The position numbers and the translations under genes were made by a program. Shown here one piece after another: positions 31,744 through 41,436 of a stretch of DNA of 60,251 nt. Origin of the DNA: a virus. Its lineage: Duplodnaviria > Caudoviricetes. Under the pieces are notes generated by a model. It was given only the letters and a program-made list of their open reading frames with translations. It was not told the DNA's origin and did no database searches. The stretch's first letter is position 1, and each line of letters begins with the position of its first letter. Location of the stretch: IMG/VR virus record IMGVR_UViG_3300009160_000004, positions 1 through 60,251 of that record. One strand, 5' to 3'.

Positions 31744-34700
31744 CATCTGGAGCGGATCCAGGTTGGCCTTCTTCTTCTCGCGAGCCCGCTTGGCGGCTTC
31801 GCTCTGGATGATGCGGTACAGCAAAATTTGTTGCTGTTGCTCACGCGGCATGGCCCGCAGGACATCTTCCGGAACGGTCAGGTTTTCGTACGTCCGCACC
31901 CCGGGGGTCGTGGAGAGCAAGTCGTTCAACGTCGCCCGCGCAGCCTTCTGCTTGCTCTGTTCGCGGTCGTAGTCGGTGACCTTTGCCCCAAGCGTATTGT
32001 TGATGAGCAACTTCAGCGCACGTTCTGTCGGGGAGAGTCGGTTGTCTCGCAGTGTGCGGTAGATCGAATTCAACTTTGACCCACCGGGAACGAAGTTGAC
32101 CGCAAGCTGTTCAATCGGCCGACCAATCGGCCCCAAGTCTTGCTCCAGCACAGAATACAGATCGGACAGTTCTCGGCCGGTATACAACTGGCGATTGAGG
32201 ATCATCTCTAGCGGCGCTTTGATGACCGGGTTGAGCTGCCCAAGAAGGTTCATGCCCGTGCGGCGAGCAGTGTCGTACGCCCGCTGGGGGAAAGTGTTCC
32301 CAACGCCGGGTGACACAAGGTTGACGAGCGACTCATAGGGGAGATCGATGTTCGTCAGGACTCGCTGGAGGTTTTCTGTCGGAGCGCCTGGGATCTGGAT
32401 CGAAGCACTTTGCCGCAGATACTCTGGCAGAAAGGAATCTTCCGTTTGCTCTGACCCCCGGTTGATGGCCCGCATCGTTTGGCCCTGCAAGCCGCCAGGG
32501 CGGTACAGAAGGTTCTCTGCAACCAGAGGCGCGATGCCGCGCGGGTAGGAGTAGAACGGGATAACCGTCTTTAGCTTTCTCTCAAAGTTGGTGTACGCCT
32601 GCGGAGAGTAATCCACCTGCGTGCGCAACACATTCTCTGCCGCAGCGTCTGGGTTGGCGCCTTGCCGCACCATTTCAATCCAATTGCCGATACGGTTGGC
32701 GTCTTCCACTCGCTTGCCAGCACGCTCATGCAGACGCAGTAATGGGTTGAGGGTTTCGGATGGGGCCTGCCGGCCGGAGGCAGCGCCAGCAAAATCGACC
32801 CCTCGCACCGCCCCGAGACTGGAGAGCCAGTTCCTCCAGGTTCGCTTTGGGTCATAGACTGCCCCCTTTCCAAACAGAACCGGCTCTTGCGTCTCCATGC
32901 CGGGAACGATGTTGCGGGTCTCGGCAGCGCCCTCTTCGATAAGGCCACCCCCCAATTTGCCGCGTGCCATGTCAGCAAGCGCAGTCTGGATCAGTTCTTC
33001 CGGATCAGTAATGTGCTGGTAGCGAGGTGCGTTACGAAGCCTTTGGTACAGCCGTTCGTAGTTGCCAGCGCCAACATCGACGCCGGCACGCATGGAGAAA
33101 GCAAGCTCTAGGGGGCTTGCCCCACCACGCATGAGCGAGGCAAGGTAGCCCGAATACAAGTTGCGGGTGTGGTAGGCCGGGTTCGCCAGTGCGCCGATCT
33201 TAAAAGCATTGGTAAACGAGCGGTACACATTCCCCAAGAGCGAGGACGGGTCTGCCTTAGGAAGCGGCGAGATCGCCTGGAGGTCTTTGATGACTGTCTC
33301 TGGGATAGACAGTTCGTCAATGCTCCGGCCAGACAGCCGCGACTCCAGCACCTCCCGCAGGCGCGTCTTGTCGAACCCCAAGCCTTCCGCTGCCTTCAAA
33401 AGATTGACCGCTCCGCCGCCCGTCATTTGGTCTGCCGGGATGTCAGAGGCTGCGCGAGTAAACGTATCTAGGATGACGTTGGCGTTGGCCTCGCTGCGGC
33501 CACCCCCTACGCCGTACCGCATTAAATCGTTGAGCGTGGAGTTGTCGAACAACCCGAGATTATTGGAAGCGAACTGCCTGTCGGCCGTGCGGAGAAGGTC
33601 GCCTAGCTGGACCTTCATGCGGCTAGAGTTTTGCAGCAGACGGTCCAGTTTGCCTTGCCCAGCCTTACGGTCGGCCGCGACCAGCGTGGGGTCCGACAGA
33701 TAGGCACGGATGGATTCGATGGTATTGCCTTCGCGGTCGGCCACCCGTTCATAGGGAAGTTCGACCGGCGAGCGGCGAAGGTTGTAGACATCATCGCGGC
33801 GCAGCGTGTTGAACGCTTCGTCAATGATGCTTGGGATCTGGTCATCGCTTGCACCGTACAGCCTGTCGCGCAACGCGGCTCCGGCATCGCCGGCCATCAA
33901 TCGCCGCAGTGTTTCGGAGCGGCGATCCAAATCCAAATATGGATTGCGGGAACGGCCCACAAGATCGCTGACCGAATACACGCGCTGGCCTCGGTCGTAC
34001 GCCGACTCCGCACGCCCCAACTTCCCTGGAGGCAAGGGAGCAGATTGGTCAGTGGCGAACCGCACGGCCTGACTGGGGAAATAGCCAGTGTCGTATACGC
34101 TGGCGGCGTTTGGGGTTTGCAGCCCAAGGCTGCTGCGTCTGGTTTGAGCGTCGGCTAACTGATCTCGCAGCCATGAGCGATAGTCGCTCCACGCAGGAAC
34201 AGAATCGATTAGCCGCACAGCTTCTTGGTCCACTAGATTGGCCATGCGGCCTGGGTCTAGTTGCGCTTCGATTGTGTCTCGGAGGGCATTCTGCACACGC
34301 GGGTTGGCAAAGGGCAGTGCCCCATCCGGTTGCGCTGCCGTGGCCTGCTGCCACTGCCACGCCGCACTCTCGCGCAAATTCCGCTCATTGGCCTTGGCGT
34401 CGGCAACCGCTTGCCGTGCCCGCCATTGGTCATCGGGATCCAGTCGCTCTAGCACCGTTGGGTCGAATGCCCGCGTCATGCGGTTAACTACTGGCGCCGT
34501 GTATGGGTTGCGCTTTAGATCGTCTCCAAAGCGGTCTAGCGTCCTGCCAACAACCTTGGCGGCGTCAACTCCCAAGAGAGTGCCACTCTCAAATCCAGGG
34601 ATCCTGGCCTCGGCCAATCCAGCGAGCGGCTGATCCAGCAGGGCATCCATATCCAAGCCCTTGCCACGCGCAGCCTGCGAGAAGCGTTGGGCGGCGTCGG

Positions 34701-35280
34701 GCAAGTCTGAGTCGGCAATGAGTTGCCGCGCAGTCGTTGACGCCCCAAACTCGCGGATGCCTTTGCCCTGCTTGTTCGCAAGTAGGGATGCATTCTCTAG
34801 CAGGCCGGCACGCTGTGCAGTTCTGCCGGCCGTACCGTACGCTCCACGGCCCAGAATCGAAAAAGGATTCAGGTACGTGAGCGGGTCAGTGATCATTTCG
34901 ACACCCAAGCCGCCCGCAAAGTTCAGCCAGTTGTCTTCATCACCAGCCAAACCATACTGGCGTGCCAAGTCTCTGCCTGACACTCGCTCTTCGCTGGAGC
35001 CTAAGACGGATAATGGCTTGCCGGCCAGGATGCCCCGCGCTAACGCGCCTGGGGTATCCAGCAAGTATCCCAGCCCAGACAGCCCGCTGGCGCCGTAGTC
35101 CGCAAGCGAGCGGAGCATGCCACGCTTCTCTTCCTCTGGCATGAGGTCGGAGATGGTGGGCTTACGCCTGATGGGCATCAGGCCAATCGGATCGATCTCT
35201 TCGTCGGGCTCCGGCAGCATTCCTGCTTGGAGCGTTTGGTAGGGATCGAAGATGTCGAAGAGCGGGGATCGGATAGCCAT
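31720..35280 (-). CDS. Large internal virion / DNA ejection protein
   Basis: 1186 aa, helical, last gene of the virion operon; DPLTYL and VDYS...IPFYSY. Confidence 0.7.
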   Translation of the reverse strand: MAIRSPLFDIFDPYQTLQAGMLPEPDEEIDPIGLMPIRRKPTISDLMPEEEKRGMLRSLADYGASGLSGLGYLLDTPGALARGILAGKPLSVLGSSEERVSGRDLARQYGLAGDEDNWLNFAGGLGVEMITDPLTYLNPFSILGRGAYGTAGRTAQRAGLLENASLLANKQGKGIREFGASTTARQLIADSDLPDAAQRFSQAARGKGLDMDALLDQPLAGLAEARIPGFESGTLLGVDAAKVVGRTLDRFGDDLKRNPYTAPVVNRMTRAFDPTVLERLDPDDQWRARQAVADAKANERNLRESAAWQWQQATAAQPDGALPFANPRVQNALRDTIEAQLDPGRMANLVDQEAVRLIDSVPAWSDYRSWLRDQLADAQTRRSSLGLQTPNAASVYDTGYFPSQAVRFATDQSAPLPPGKLGRAESAYDRGQRVYSVSDLVGRSRNPYLDLDRRSETLRRLMAGDAGAALRDRLYGASDDQIPSIIDEAFNTLRRDDVYNLRRSPVELPYERVADREGNTIESIRAYLSDPTLVAADRKAGQGKLDRLLQNSSRMKVQLGDLLRTADRQFASNNLGLFDNSTLNDLMRYGVGGGRSEANANVILDTFTRAASDIPADQMTGGGAVNLLKAAEGLGFDKTRLREVLESRLSGRSIDELSIPETVIKDLQAISPLPKADPSSLLGNVYRSFTNAFKIGALANPAYHTRNLYSGYLASLMRGGASPLELAFSMRAGVDVGAGNYERLYQRLRNAPRYQHITDPEELIQTALADMARGKLGGGLIEEGAAETRNIVPGMETQEPVLFGKGAVYDPKRTWRNWLSSLGAVRGVDFAGAASGRQAPSETLNPLLRLHERAGKRVEDANRIGNWIEMVRQGANPDAAAENVLRTQVDYSPQAYTNFERKLKTVIPFYSYPRGIAPLVAENLLYRPGGLQGQTMRAINRGSEQTEDSFLPEYLRQSASIQIPGAPTENLQRVLTNIDLPYESLVNLVSPGVGNTFPQRAYDTARRTGMNLLGQLNPVIKAPLEMILNRQLYTGRELSDLYSVLEQDLGPIGRPIEQLAVNFVPGGSKLNSIYRTLRDNRLSPTERALKLLINNTLGAKVTDYDREQSKQKAARATLNDLLSTTPGVRTYENLTVPEDVLRAMPREQQQQILLYRIIQSEAAKRAREKKKANLDPLQMLGVVNQF

Positions 35281-36752
35281 TAGACGCCCGGCGGGCGACT
35301 TGGCGCCGCAAGCGGGACTCGCGGGTTAATGGGGTTGGGAGTCGGGCCGACGCCAGTTGGGGGCGTTGATCCATCCGCCCCAGGCCGACCAATGCCGAAC
35401 CAAGAACGGCGGTTCATGTACCGATACGCCAACTCCTCTGCTTCGGGTCGGCGCAGGTTGTAGGGCGGCTTCATCAGGGCGTCAGCCATGGAACTGGAAT
35501 CGCCAGTGTTAACGCCAAAAGTTCCGGTGTCCATGCTTTCCGCAAGGCGACCCAACTCAGCCTGACCCTCCGGCGTCTCTGGCTTGCCGGCGGCAATGTC
35601 CTGCGCACCGGCTGCGGCGGGATTGGCCTCTCTGGCTCGTTGCTCAAACATGGCCCGCTGTTCTGGCGTGGCCATGGGGTTGTTGGTGAGGAAAGCCGTC
35701 ATTGCGGACTGGGCCATCCTGCCGGCGGTGGCGGCGTTTGTGGCATCGACAGCAGCCGCACGATCCCCACCCGGCAGCATGTAACGCAGCGATGAGTTGC
35801 GCTGATCTAGCGGCATGTGCATCAGCGCATTGGTGACTGCCTTGCTGCCGATTGTCGGCTGACCGCCAGCCAACATGGCCTGCGCCTTCCATGATGCACG
35901 CCGAGCAATTGCGTCGTCGTCCGCAGCACCCTGCGCCGCGAGCCGCAATTGGTCGATGTCCATTCCCTGTGCTTGCGCAGACGGGATCCCGGCGCGTCTG
36001 GCTAAACGGCGCTTGTCAACGCCTTCGATTTGCTTGGCCTGTCGATCACCGGGGCGATAAACGGTCTGCATGCCAAGCGGCGATGGCACCGTTTTAGTCT
36101 TCCAGCCGGCGTCAGTCAGGTCTTGGCGTTCGCCGGATCGCCCCGCCGCCCCAGGAAAGCGGTTGGGGTTTTCGCCGGTAATCGAACCCGGGGGATACCC
36201 AACTGAGTATCCGACAGAGCCATCGGGATTCAGGACGGGGACCATTCCGCGTGCAGCCATGGCCCTGTCTTTGGGCGATGGCTTGTATTCTTTGCGACCG
36301 CCGTCCCACTCGCGAGTCGTGTAGTCCTCAATGGCTTCGGGGTCGTTAATCATTCCCGGCTCTGGGACGGGGCCACCAAACGGCATGCGGGGCGCCGGGA
36401 CGCGCTGGTATCCCGGGCCCGCCTCCTGCTCAGAGCGACTGGCCAGAACTTCGGCGTTCGTCAACGTCCGGTCGTATCCAGGCCGTCCGGCGCCTGGGTA
36501 TGGACCGGCGAGACCAGCATCGTCGCCAACCGCAGACTGCGGCGCACCGGCCATGCCGTCCGAGAGATCGGCGGGGGATGATGGAGACTGTTGTGCGCGG
36601 GCAATATCGCGAGCCGATACGGACTCCGCTGTCTCGCGGCTAGCTCCACCCCGCAGGAGGCTATCACGCAGAATGACATGCGCGCCCTCAGTGCCGTGTT
36701 CCTCAATAACGCGGCGAACTTTAGCGAGCGTAGCTGGGTCGGTGGAAACCAT
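35280..36752 (-). CDS. Putative internal virion protein
   Basis: 490 aa, A/P/G-rich, TAATG-coupled. Confidence 0.7.
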   Translation of the reverse strand: MVSTDPATLAKVRRVIEEHGTEGAHVILRDSLLRGGASRETAESVSARDIARAQQSPSSPADLSDGMAGAPQSAVGDDAGLAGPYPGAGRPGYDRTLTNAEVLASRSEQEAGPGYQRVPAPRMPFGGPVPEPGMINDPEAIEDYTTREWDGGRKEYKPSPKDRAMAARGMVPVLNPDGSVGYSVGYPPGSITGENPNRFPGAAGRSGERQDLTDAGWKTKTVPSPLGMQTVYRPGDRQAKQIEGVDKRRLARRAGIPSAQAQGMDIDQLRLAAQGAADDDAIARRASWKAQAMLAGGQPTIGSKAVTNALMHMPLDQRNSSLRYMLPGGDRAAAVDATNAATAGRMAQSAMTAFLTNNPMATPEQRAMFEQRAREANPAAAGAQDIAAGKPETPEGQAELGRLAESMDTGTFGVNTGDSSSMADALMKPPYNLRRPEAEELAYRYMNRRSWFGIGRPGADGSTPPTGVGPTPNPINPRVPLAAPSRPPGV

Positions 36753-37687
36753 TAGCGCCTCATCTGGGGGTATCGCAGCTTCATCCGCTGCTCGCGTTTG
36801 TATTCCTCTGACTCCGGTGGGTAGAAGGAGTCCATCGCCTGTCCGGTCTTGGCGTCACGGATGGACACCACCTGACCGCGCAGGGCTGCGATCTCTTCGG
36901 GCGTCAGCGTCTCCGGCATGACGCTGGGCGTCGAAGCCGGGATCGGACGTTGTTCAGCCACCAGATCGGCCGTATCCATGGGCGAGAAGTCCGTCAGGCC
37001 CAGGTCCGCATTGGATAGAGTGACAGGAGCGAACCGCTCTTGGGGGATCGGCATGTCATCGACCGGCAGCATGTCTACGTTAGGAGCGACGAAGTCCATC
37101 AGAGGATCACTGGCCGGCGGCATGTCAGGAGCGGGGGCATTTGCCACGCTCGCATCGTCGCCTTGGAAACGACCAACGGTGTCCGACATCATTCCGCCCA
37201 TGCCCGCAGCACCGGCAATCGCAGCGGCAGTCGCCATACGCTCTGCCTGCTGTGCAGCAGCAGCACTGTCGATGCCTTCTTGTGCGGCAGACAGAATGTC
37301 ATCGCGGCGGATGCGGTTGAGGTCGGTGTTCTGGTTGCGGAGGTTCAGCGTCCGGCCGGAGGCCAGTTGGTTGAACGACGAATTCGACTTGTCGTAGTCC
37401 AGGCCACGGTTGTAGCTGGGGAACGATGTCGGCTCCATGGCCGGGATGTCTTGGTTGGCAAGGCCGCGCAACGACATGCCGATATTAGGATTCCGCGAGA
37501 CAGGCGGATCGAAACCCCGCAACGCCTGAACGACGCCCATGCTCTCAGGGTCAAAGGACACAGAGCGAAGAGCGGATTCGACGGCATCGGCGGAATCCAT
37601 CCGGCCGGCGGCACGCAGGGCAGCGGCGGCGTCCTGCATCTGGAGCATTTCCACAACAGTGCGCGGAGCGCGAAACGGCATAGCCAT
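36752..37687 (-). CDS. Putative internal virion protein
   Basis: 311 aa with an AAAIAGAAGMGG segment; coupled. Confidence 0.7.
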   Translation of the reverse strand: MAMPFRAPRTVVEMLQMQDAAAALRAAGRMDSADAVESALRSVSFDPESMGVVQALRGFDPPVSRNPNIGMSLRGLANQDIPAMEPTSFPSYNRGLDYDKSNSSFNQLASGRTLNLRNQNTDLNRIRRDDILSAAQEGIDSAAAAQQAERMATAAAIAGAAGMGGMMSDTVGRFQGDDASVANAPAPDMPPASDPLMDFVAPNVDMLPVDDMPIPQERFAPVTLSNADLGLTDFSPMDTADLVAEQRPIPASTPSVMPETLTPEEIAALRGQVVSIRDAKTGQAMDSFYPPESEEYKREQRMKLRYPQMRR

Positions 37688-37947
37688 TATTTCTTCCCCT
37701 TCTTGGGCATGTCAGCCAACTTGCCGTCCAACGGAAGGTCTTCGTCCTCCACCATGGGCGTATTCGGCTTGCCGTGCATCTCTTCGTCCAGGTCGGCAAG
37801 ATCGTTCTTGGGAGGTTTCTTGGATTTGTTTTCCAAGCCATCCATGATCTCTTCCGCTTCCGCGTCGGAGGCGGTCAGTAGTTTCTTCACCATGCGCCGC
37901 AGGGCAGCGTTAGTGAGGTCTTCCAGGTCTAGGTCGATCTTGGCCAT
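37687..37947 (-). CDS. Small highly charged protein
   Basis: D/E/K-rich; coupled. Confidence 0.75.
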   Translation of the reverse strand: MAKIDLDLEDLTNAALRRMVKKLLTASDAEAEEIMDGLENKSKKPPKNDLADLDEEMHGKPNTPMVEDEDLPLDGKLADMPKKGKK

Positions 37948-38351
37948 TAGCGGAGGAGCCCTCCCAAAAGAGTGTTGATTACTGAGCTACGCGATTGCAG
38001 CGCCGCCATTTGGTTTGCGTAGGCATTCTGCTGCTGAAGCGCCCCAAGGGACTGTGCCTGGGACTCCTGGGCCTGATTGGCCTGGAGTCCAGATAGCGCG
38101 TTATAGTTCTGGTTCTGGAGGTTCTGTGAGTACGCCTTGGCGACTCCCTCCGCTACGTTGTTTGCAGCGTCGATGCCTGCTTGGTTCCATTGCGTTCGAC
38201 CGCGAGAAATGCCGCCACGGTCGTATTGCTTCACGGCGAATCGCGGGTCGCCGGAGGCATACGCTTTGGCAAGCTGGTTGTTCATCTGCGCCTGCATCGT
38301 CTGCGCGGGCAGACCAGACGGCAGCGGCGTATTTGTTTTAACCTTGTTCAT
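37947..38351 (-). CDS. Q/N/A-rich putative ejection protein
   Basis: Ends LLGGLLR. Confidence 0.7.
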   Translation of the reverse strand: MNKVKTNTPLPSGLPAQTMQAQMNNQLAKAYASGDPRFAVKQYDRGGISRGRTQWNQAGIDAANNVAEGVAKAYSQNLQNQNYNALSGLQANQAQESQAQSLGALQQQNAYANQMAALQSRSSVINTLLGGLLR

Positions 38352-38662
38352 CCGAACAGCCCCGAAAGGACGCTGCTGACCATTCCCACGCCAGTGTTAC
38401 GCAGCGAATTCTGCTGCTGTTGCGCGTCGTTCATCTGTTGAAGGCCAGCCAGCACAAGCCGGTTTCGTGCCTCCATCTGCTTCAGGTCGTAATCGTTGAT
38501 GGCCTTGGCGGCTTCGACTTCGTAGTCGGCGTTGTTGCTCCCCATTTGCGCACGCAAGACATCGTCATGCGCAGAGCCGTACTTCGTGAACGGGCTCTTG
38601 GCCGGCGGAGACGGCGGGGCCTTGGGCGGGGCGTACGGAAGTGAGGTGTTGTATTTGAGCAT
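38348..38662 (-). CDS. Putative ejection protein
   Basis: Start refined to MLKYN; ends VLSGLFG. Confidence 0.7.
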   Translation of the reverse strand: MLKYNTSLPYAPPKAPPSPPAKSPFTKYGSAHDDVLRAQMGSNNADYEVEAAKAINDYDLKQMEARNRLVLAGLQQMNDAQQQQNSLRNTGVGMVSSVLSGLFG

Positions 38663-40128
38663 CAGTATTGCGGCAGGTACTTCATGGCCGCGTCGTAGTA
38701 CGGCGCTCCACGGAACTCTTCCCAAGTGGATGGATCAGTACGTGTTCCATCGCGCTTACGAACTTCTGCATCGCGGGCTGCAATTAGCTGCGAGCGGCGC
38801 CAGTCGAACTCCCTGGCGTTGGGGTCTAGTTGCGCCAACTGAGCGTTGAGTCGCTCTTCCAAATCGCGATCACGCTCAACATTGCCCTGCTGAACGCGGG
38901 CCATGGCATCGCGATAGTTCGCGCCACGCTGGTACAGATCGGCGGCACGTTGCGACTGCAACTTCTCGGTTGGAGTCTGGAACACATCGCTCTTGCCAAT
39001 CGTGTTGTTCCACAATCCGGACAACGCTGAGTTGGATCGATTCAATTCGCCGCCGACATCACCCCATCCGGAGCCCATCTGGCCAGCCAGCCCAGTCAGC
39101 CGATTGGCAGAATCGCTGTAGCCGCCCGTCAGGCCGGAGAGGATGTCGCGGACGGCGATCTCGCGTGGCGGGCCATTGGGATTGATGGTGGTGACGTTGC
39201 CGTAGTACTGGTCCATGCCCCGGGACGAGGCATCGACGTTGTACTTGTTCATCGCCATCAGGCCGCTGAGAGTCTGGCCAAGCATCTGGCTGGGCATCTC
39301 GCGCGAGGACATGTGCTGCATGTTGGCCATGCCCAGCGTGTTGGCGTAGTTGCTGTCCAAGCGGTCAGCGATGTCGGTGCTGTTGAGATCACCCCGCGTG
39401 GCGTCCAGGCCAGCGAACATCTGCGAGCCGTCAAACTGCGGAGCCGCTGAACGCTGGGGCGAAGAGTAGCTGCCGGAAGCGATCTCCCCGTCCGGACCAG
39501 TCGCCCGGAAGCCGCCGCCCATGCCTCCGAAGTCCATCGACGGCAAAGCGTTGGCAACGGCCATGCCGATCCCAGCCTTAGCGTAGGATCCCCCAAGATT
39601 CCCAAGGGCGTTATTCCTGGACTGGCCAAGCTGGCTCAGTCCGGTCTGGTTGGCAGCACCGAGATCCGACAGCATCTTGTTGTATGCCATCTGGTTCTGC
39701 GCCCACGCCCCCATGGCGGAGCCCGATGCAGAGCCATAAGCCCCAAGGGCTGCGGATCCCAAATTGGACAGAGCGCCCTGGCGGGCTGCTTCTGACATGG
39801 AGTTGTATCCGGTGTTCAGAAGCTGGTTGTTGTTCTGGGCGTTGGCCTGGGCCTGGGCGAGGCTGCCAAGACCGCCAGCGTAAAAGCCGTAGTTGTTCGC
39901 GGTGGCATTCCCCAGGCCGGCGAGGCCCTGCGAGTAGTCGCCAAACGCCTTGGCGTAGTTGCCGTAGTTGGCGCTGTTGAGTGCGCCAAACGCAGCCGGC
40001 TGCTGCATCATGGTGACGAGGGCCTGCCCTTCGGCCTGGGCGCCCTCCGGCTTGGACATATCAAACCCAAACCGTCCCCTGTCAGGGACCATGGTAAAGG
40101 GGCCGGCGCGTTCAGCGGAAAAAGCCAT
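38662..40128 (-). CDS. G/A/S/N/Q-rich putative ejection (pilot) protein
   Basis: 488 aa, low-complexity helical; AGGAG SD. Confidence 0.7.
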   Translation of the reverse strand: MAFSAERAGPFTMVPDRGRFGFDMSKPEGAQAEGQALVTMMQQPAAFGALNSANYGNYAKAFGDYSQGLAGLGNATANNYGFYAGGLGSLAQAQANAQNNNQLLNTGYNSMSEAARQGALSNLGSAALGAYGSASGSAMGAWAQNQMAYNKMLSDLGAANQTGLSQLGQSRNNALGNLGGSYAKAGIGMAVANALPSMDFGGMGGGFRATGPDGEIASGSYSSPQRSAAPQFDGSQMFAGLDATRGDLNSTDIADRLDSNYANTLGMANMQHMSSREMPSQMLGQTLSGLMAMNKYNVDASSRGMDQYYGNVTTINPNGPPREIAVRDILSGLTGGYSDSANRLTGLAGQMGSGWGDVGGELNRSNSALSGLWNNTIGKSDVFQTPTEKLQSQRAADLYQRGANYRDAMARVQQGNVERDRDLEERLNAQLAQLDPNAREFDWRRSQLIAARDAEVRKRDGTRTDPSTWEEFRGAPYYDAAMKYLPQY

Positions 40129-40143
40129 GGAAGTCTCCTACGA

Positions 40144-40154
40144 ATTAATGTCCT
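40144..40154 (-). promoter_or_regulatory. Candidate late promoter motif AGGACATTAAT
   Basis: 15 nt upstream of ATG 40128. Confidence 0.5.
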
Positions 40155-40591
40155 TTTCGGCGGGCGTTGTATATGGCCCGTTTCACCAGCACTTTTGCCC
40201 CGAACTCCACGAACGGAAGCCCCCGCTTTTCCGACTCCTCCCGAAGCCACCCCAGGATGGTTTTCATTCCATCCTCGCTCTCGCACCACTCAATGCCCAT
40301 CTCGTCCATTTTCCGGGCCCTGGCATTACAAGAGCATGTGGGGGAAGAGACGATCCCAACCTTCTTCATGAGGGATTTGAGTTCTGTGCCTGGGCCGTGA
40401 GATTCGACCTTGGGCGGGCTGGGCTTGGCGGCTTTCGGGCCGCGATACTTAGAACAGAGCGCGGCGTAAGCCTCGTCCGAAAGTGTGACCTTATCGCCTT
40501 CGACAGTTCCGTGAGAGAGAACGTCTTCCAGATACCCGGGCGGGCGCTTAGTGGAGGCATGGCGGATTGCTTGGAGAGTGAAGGTCTTCAT
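40145..40591 (-). CDS. Conserved hypothetical protein with CxC motif
   Basis: GPGTELK...CSCNARA..MD..G.EWC...WLREE...RGLPF. Confidence 0.75.
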   Translation of the reverse strand: MKTFTLQAIRHASTKRPPGYLEDVLSHGTVEGDKVTLSDEAYAALCSKYRGPKAAKPSPPKVESHGPGTELKSLMKKVGIVSSPTCSCNARARKMDEMGIEWCESEDGMKTILGWLREESEKRGLPFVEFGAKVLVKRAIYNARRKGH

Positions 40592-41436
40592 GGGGGGCAC
40601 TCTTCCTCCTGACACACACCGTCACAGCAGTAGGCGCTCGGCCCGGTTACGAGTCCGCACGTACAACAAGGGACACCTGTCCCGCAGTGGTTTGGATCAG
40701 ACACGGGGTTGGCCTTTTTGGCCGCTAGGTCTGCCTGCGCCTCCCCCAAGCCCCAAAACGGCCCCCCGCGAGCGTGTCCGTCATCCGTATCTCCGCCGCC
40801 CTCCGCTTCCACGTACCAGAGATCGCAATCTGCGTCCGACTCGCACCCCGAACCGCACGACTCCTCCTGACACACACCGTCACAGCAGTAGCCGGCGCAG
40901 CATGTGGTGCCGCAGCAGGTCATACCTGATGGGCAGCAATTCCCATCGCAGCACACGCCACTGGCGCAGTCGGCTCGGTCATCGCATCCGTCCTCGGGCG
41001 GGGGCGGCGGAAAAACGCTCTTCTTGCAGCGTTTGCACGAATTAGACCCATACCCAATGGGCGTGTACCCAGGCGGGCAAAAATACTCCGCCGAAGTGCA
41101 AGATTCGCTAGGAAGGTCGCAGCAATAGACAATGACAGGGCCGGGGTCAGGCGGTGGTTCCGGCGGCTCCGGCGGTGGCGGCGGCGGATCGGACCCCGGG
41201 CAAACGCTGCCTGGGCCACCAAACTCCCCTCCGAGATATTCGCAGTCGCACGGATTCCTTTGCTCGCAAATGGCGTCTTCGCCACTGGCGTACGTCCAGC
41301 ACGCCCCAGGCGTACAATCGTTATCGCCGCGAAACGTGCCTCCACCGCAGTTCTCGCAGGTGCATTTCCTCTTGCCCGTGGAGCAGTCCGCCCCGTTGCA
41401 GCAGCGGCCTCGCTGGTTGCAATTCGACTCAGTCAC
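40588..41436 (-). CDS. Cys/Pro-rich putative tail fibre or adhesin
   Basis: About 43 Cys in 282 aa by manual count; poly-Pro linkers. Confidence 0.7.
   Translation of the reverse strand: MTESNCNQRGRCCNGADCSTGKRKCTCENCGGGTFRGDNDCTPGACWTYASGEDAICEQRNPCDCEYLGGEFGGPGSVCPGSDPPPPPPEPPEPPPDPGPVIVYCCDLPSESCTSAEYFCPPGYTPIGYGSNSCKRCKKSVFPPPPPEDGCDDRADCASGVCCDGNCCPSGMTCCGTTCCAGYCCDGVCQEESCGSGCESDADCDLWYVEAEGGGDTDDGHARGGPFWGLGEAQADLAAKKANPVSDPNHCGTGVPCCTCGLVTGPSAYCCDGVCQEEECPP
40604..40891. repeat. 30-bp exact direct repeat (40604-40633 and 40862-40891)
   Basis: TCCTCCTGACACACACCGTCACAGCAGTAG, encoding YCCDGVCQEE. Confidence 0.92.

Noticed and set aside
37981-37997. ACTGAGCTACGCG, a 13-bp match to the attP core
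   Set aside because: Inside a CDS, lacks the full 7-bp spacer and the second arm; probably chance, at most a secondary site
40604-40891. Repeat pair as a DGR template and variable region
   Set aside because: Only 30 bp, no adenine-specific differences and no reverse transcriptase in the genome
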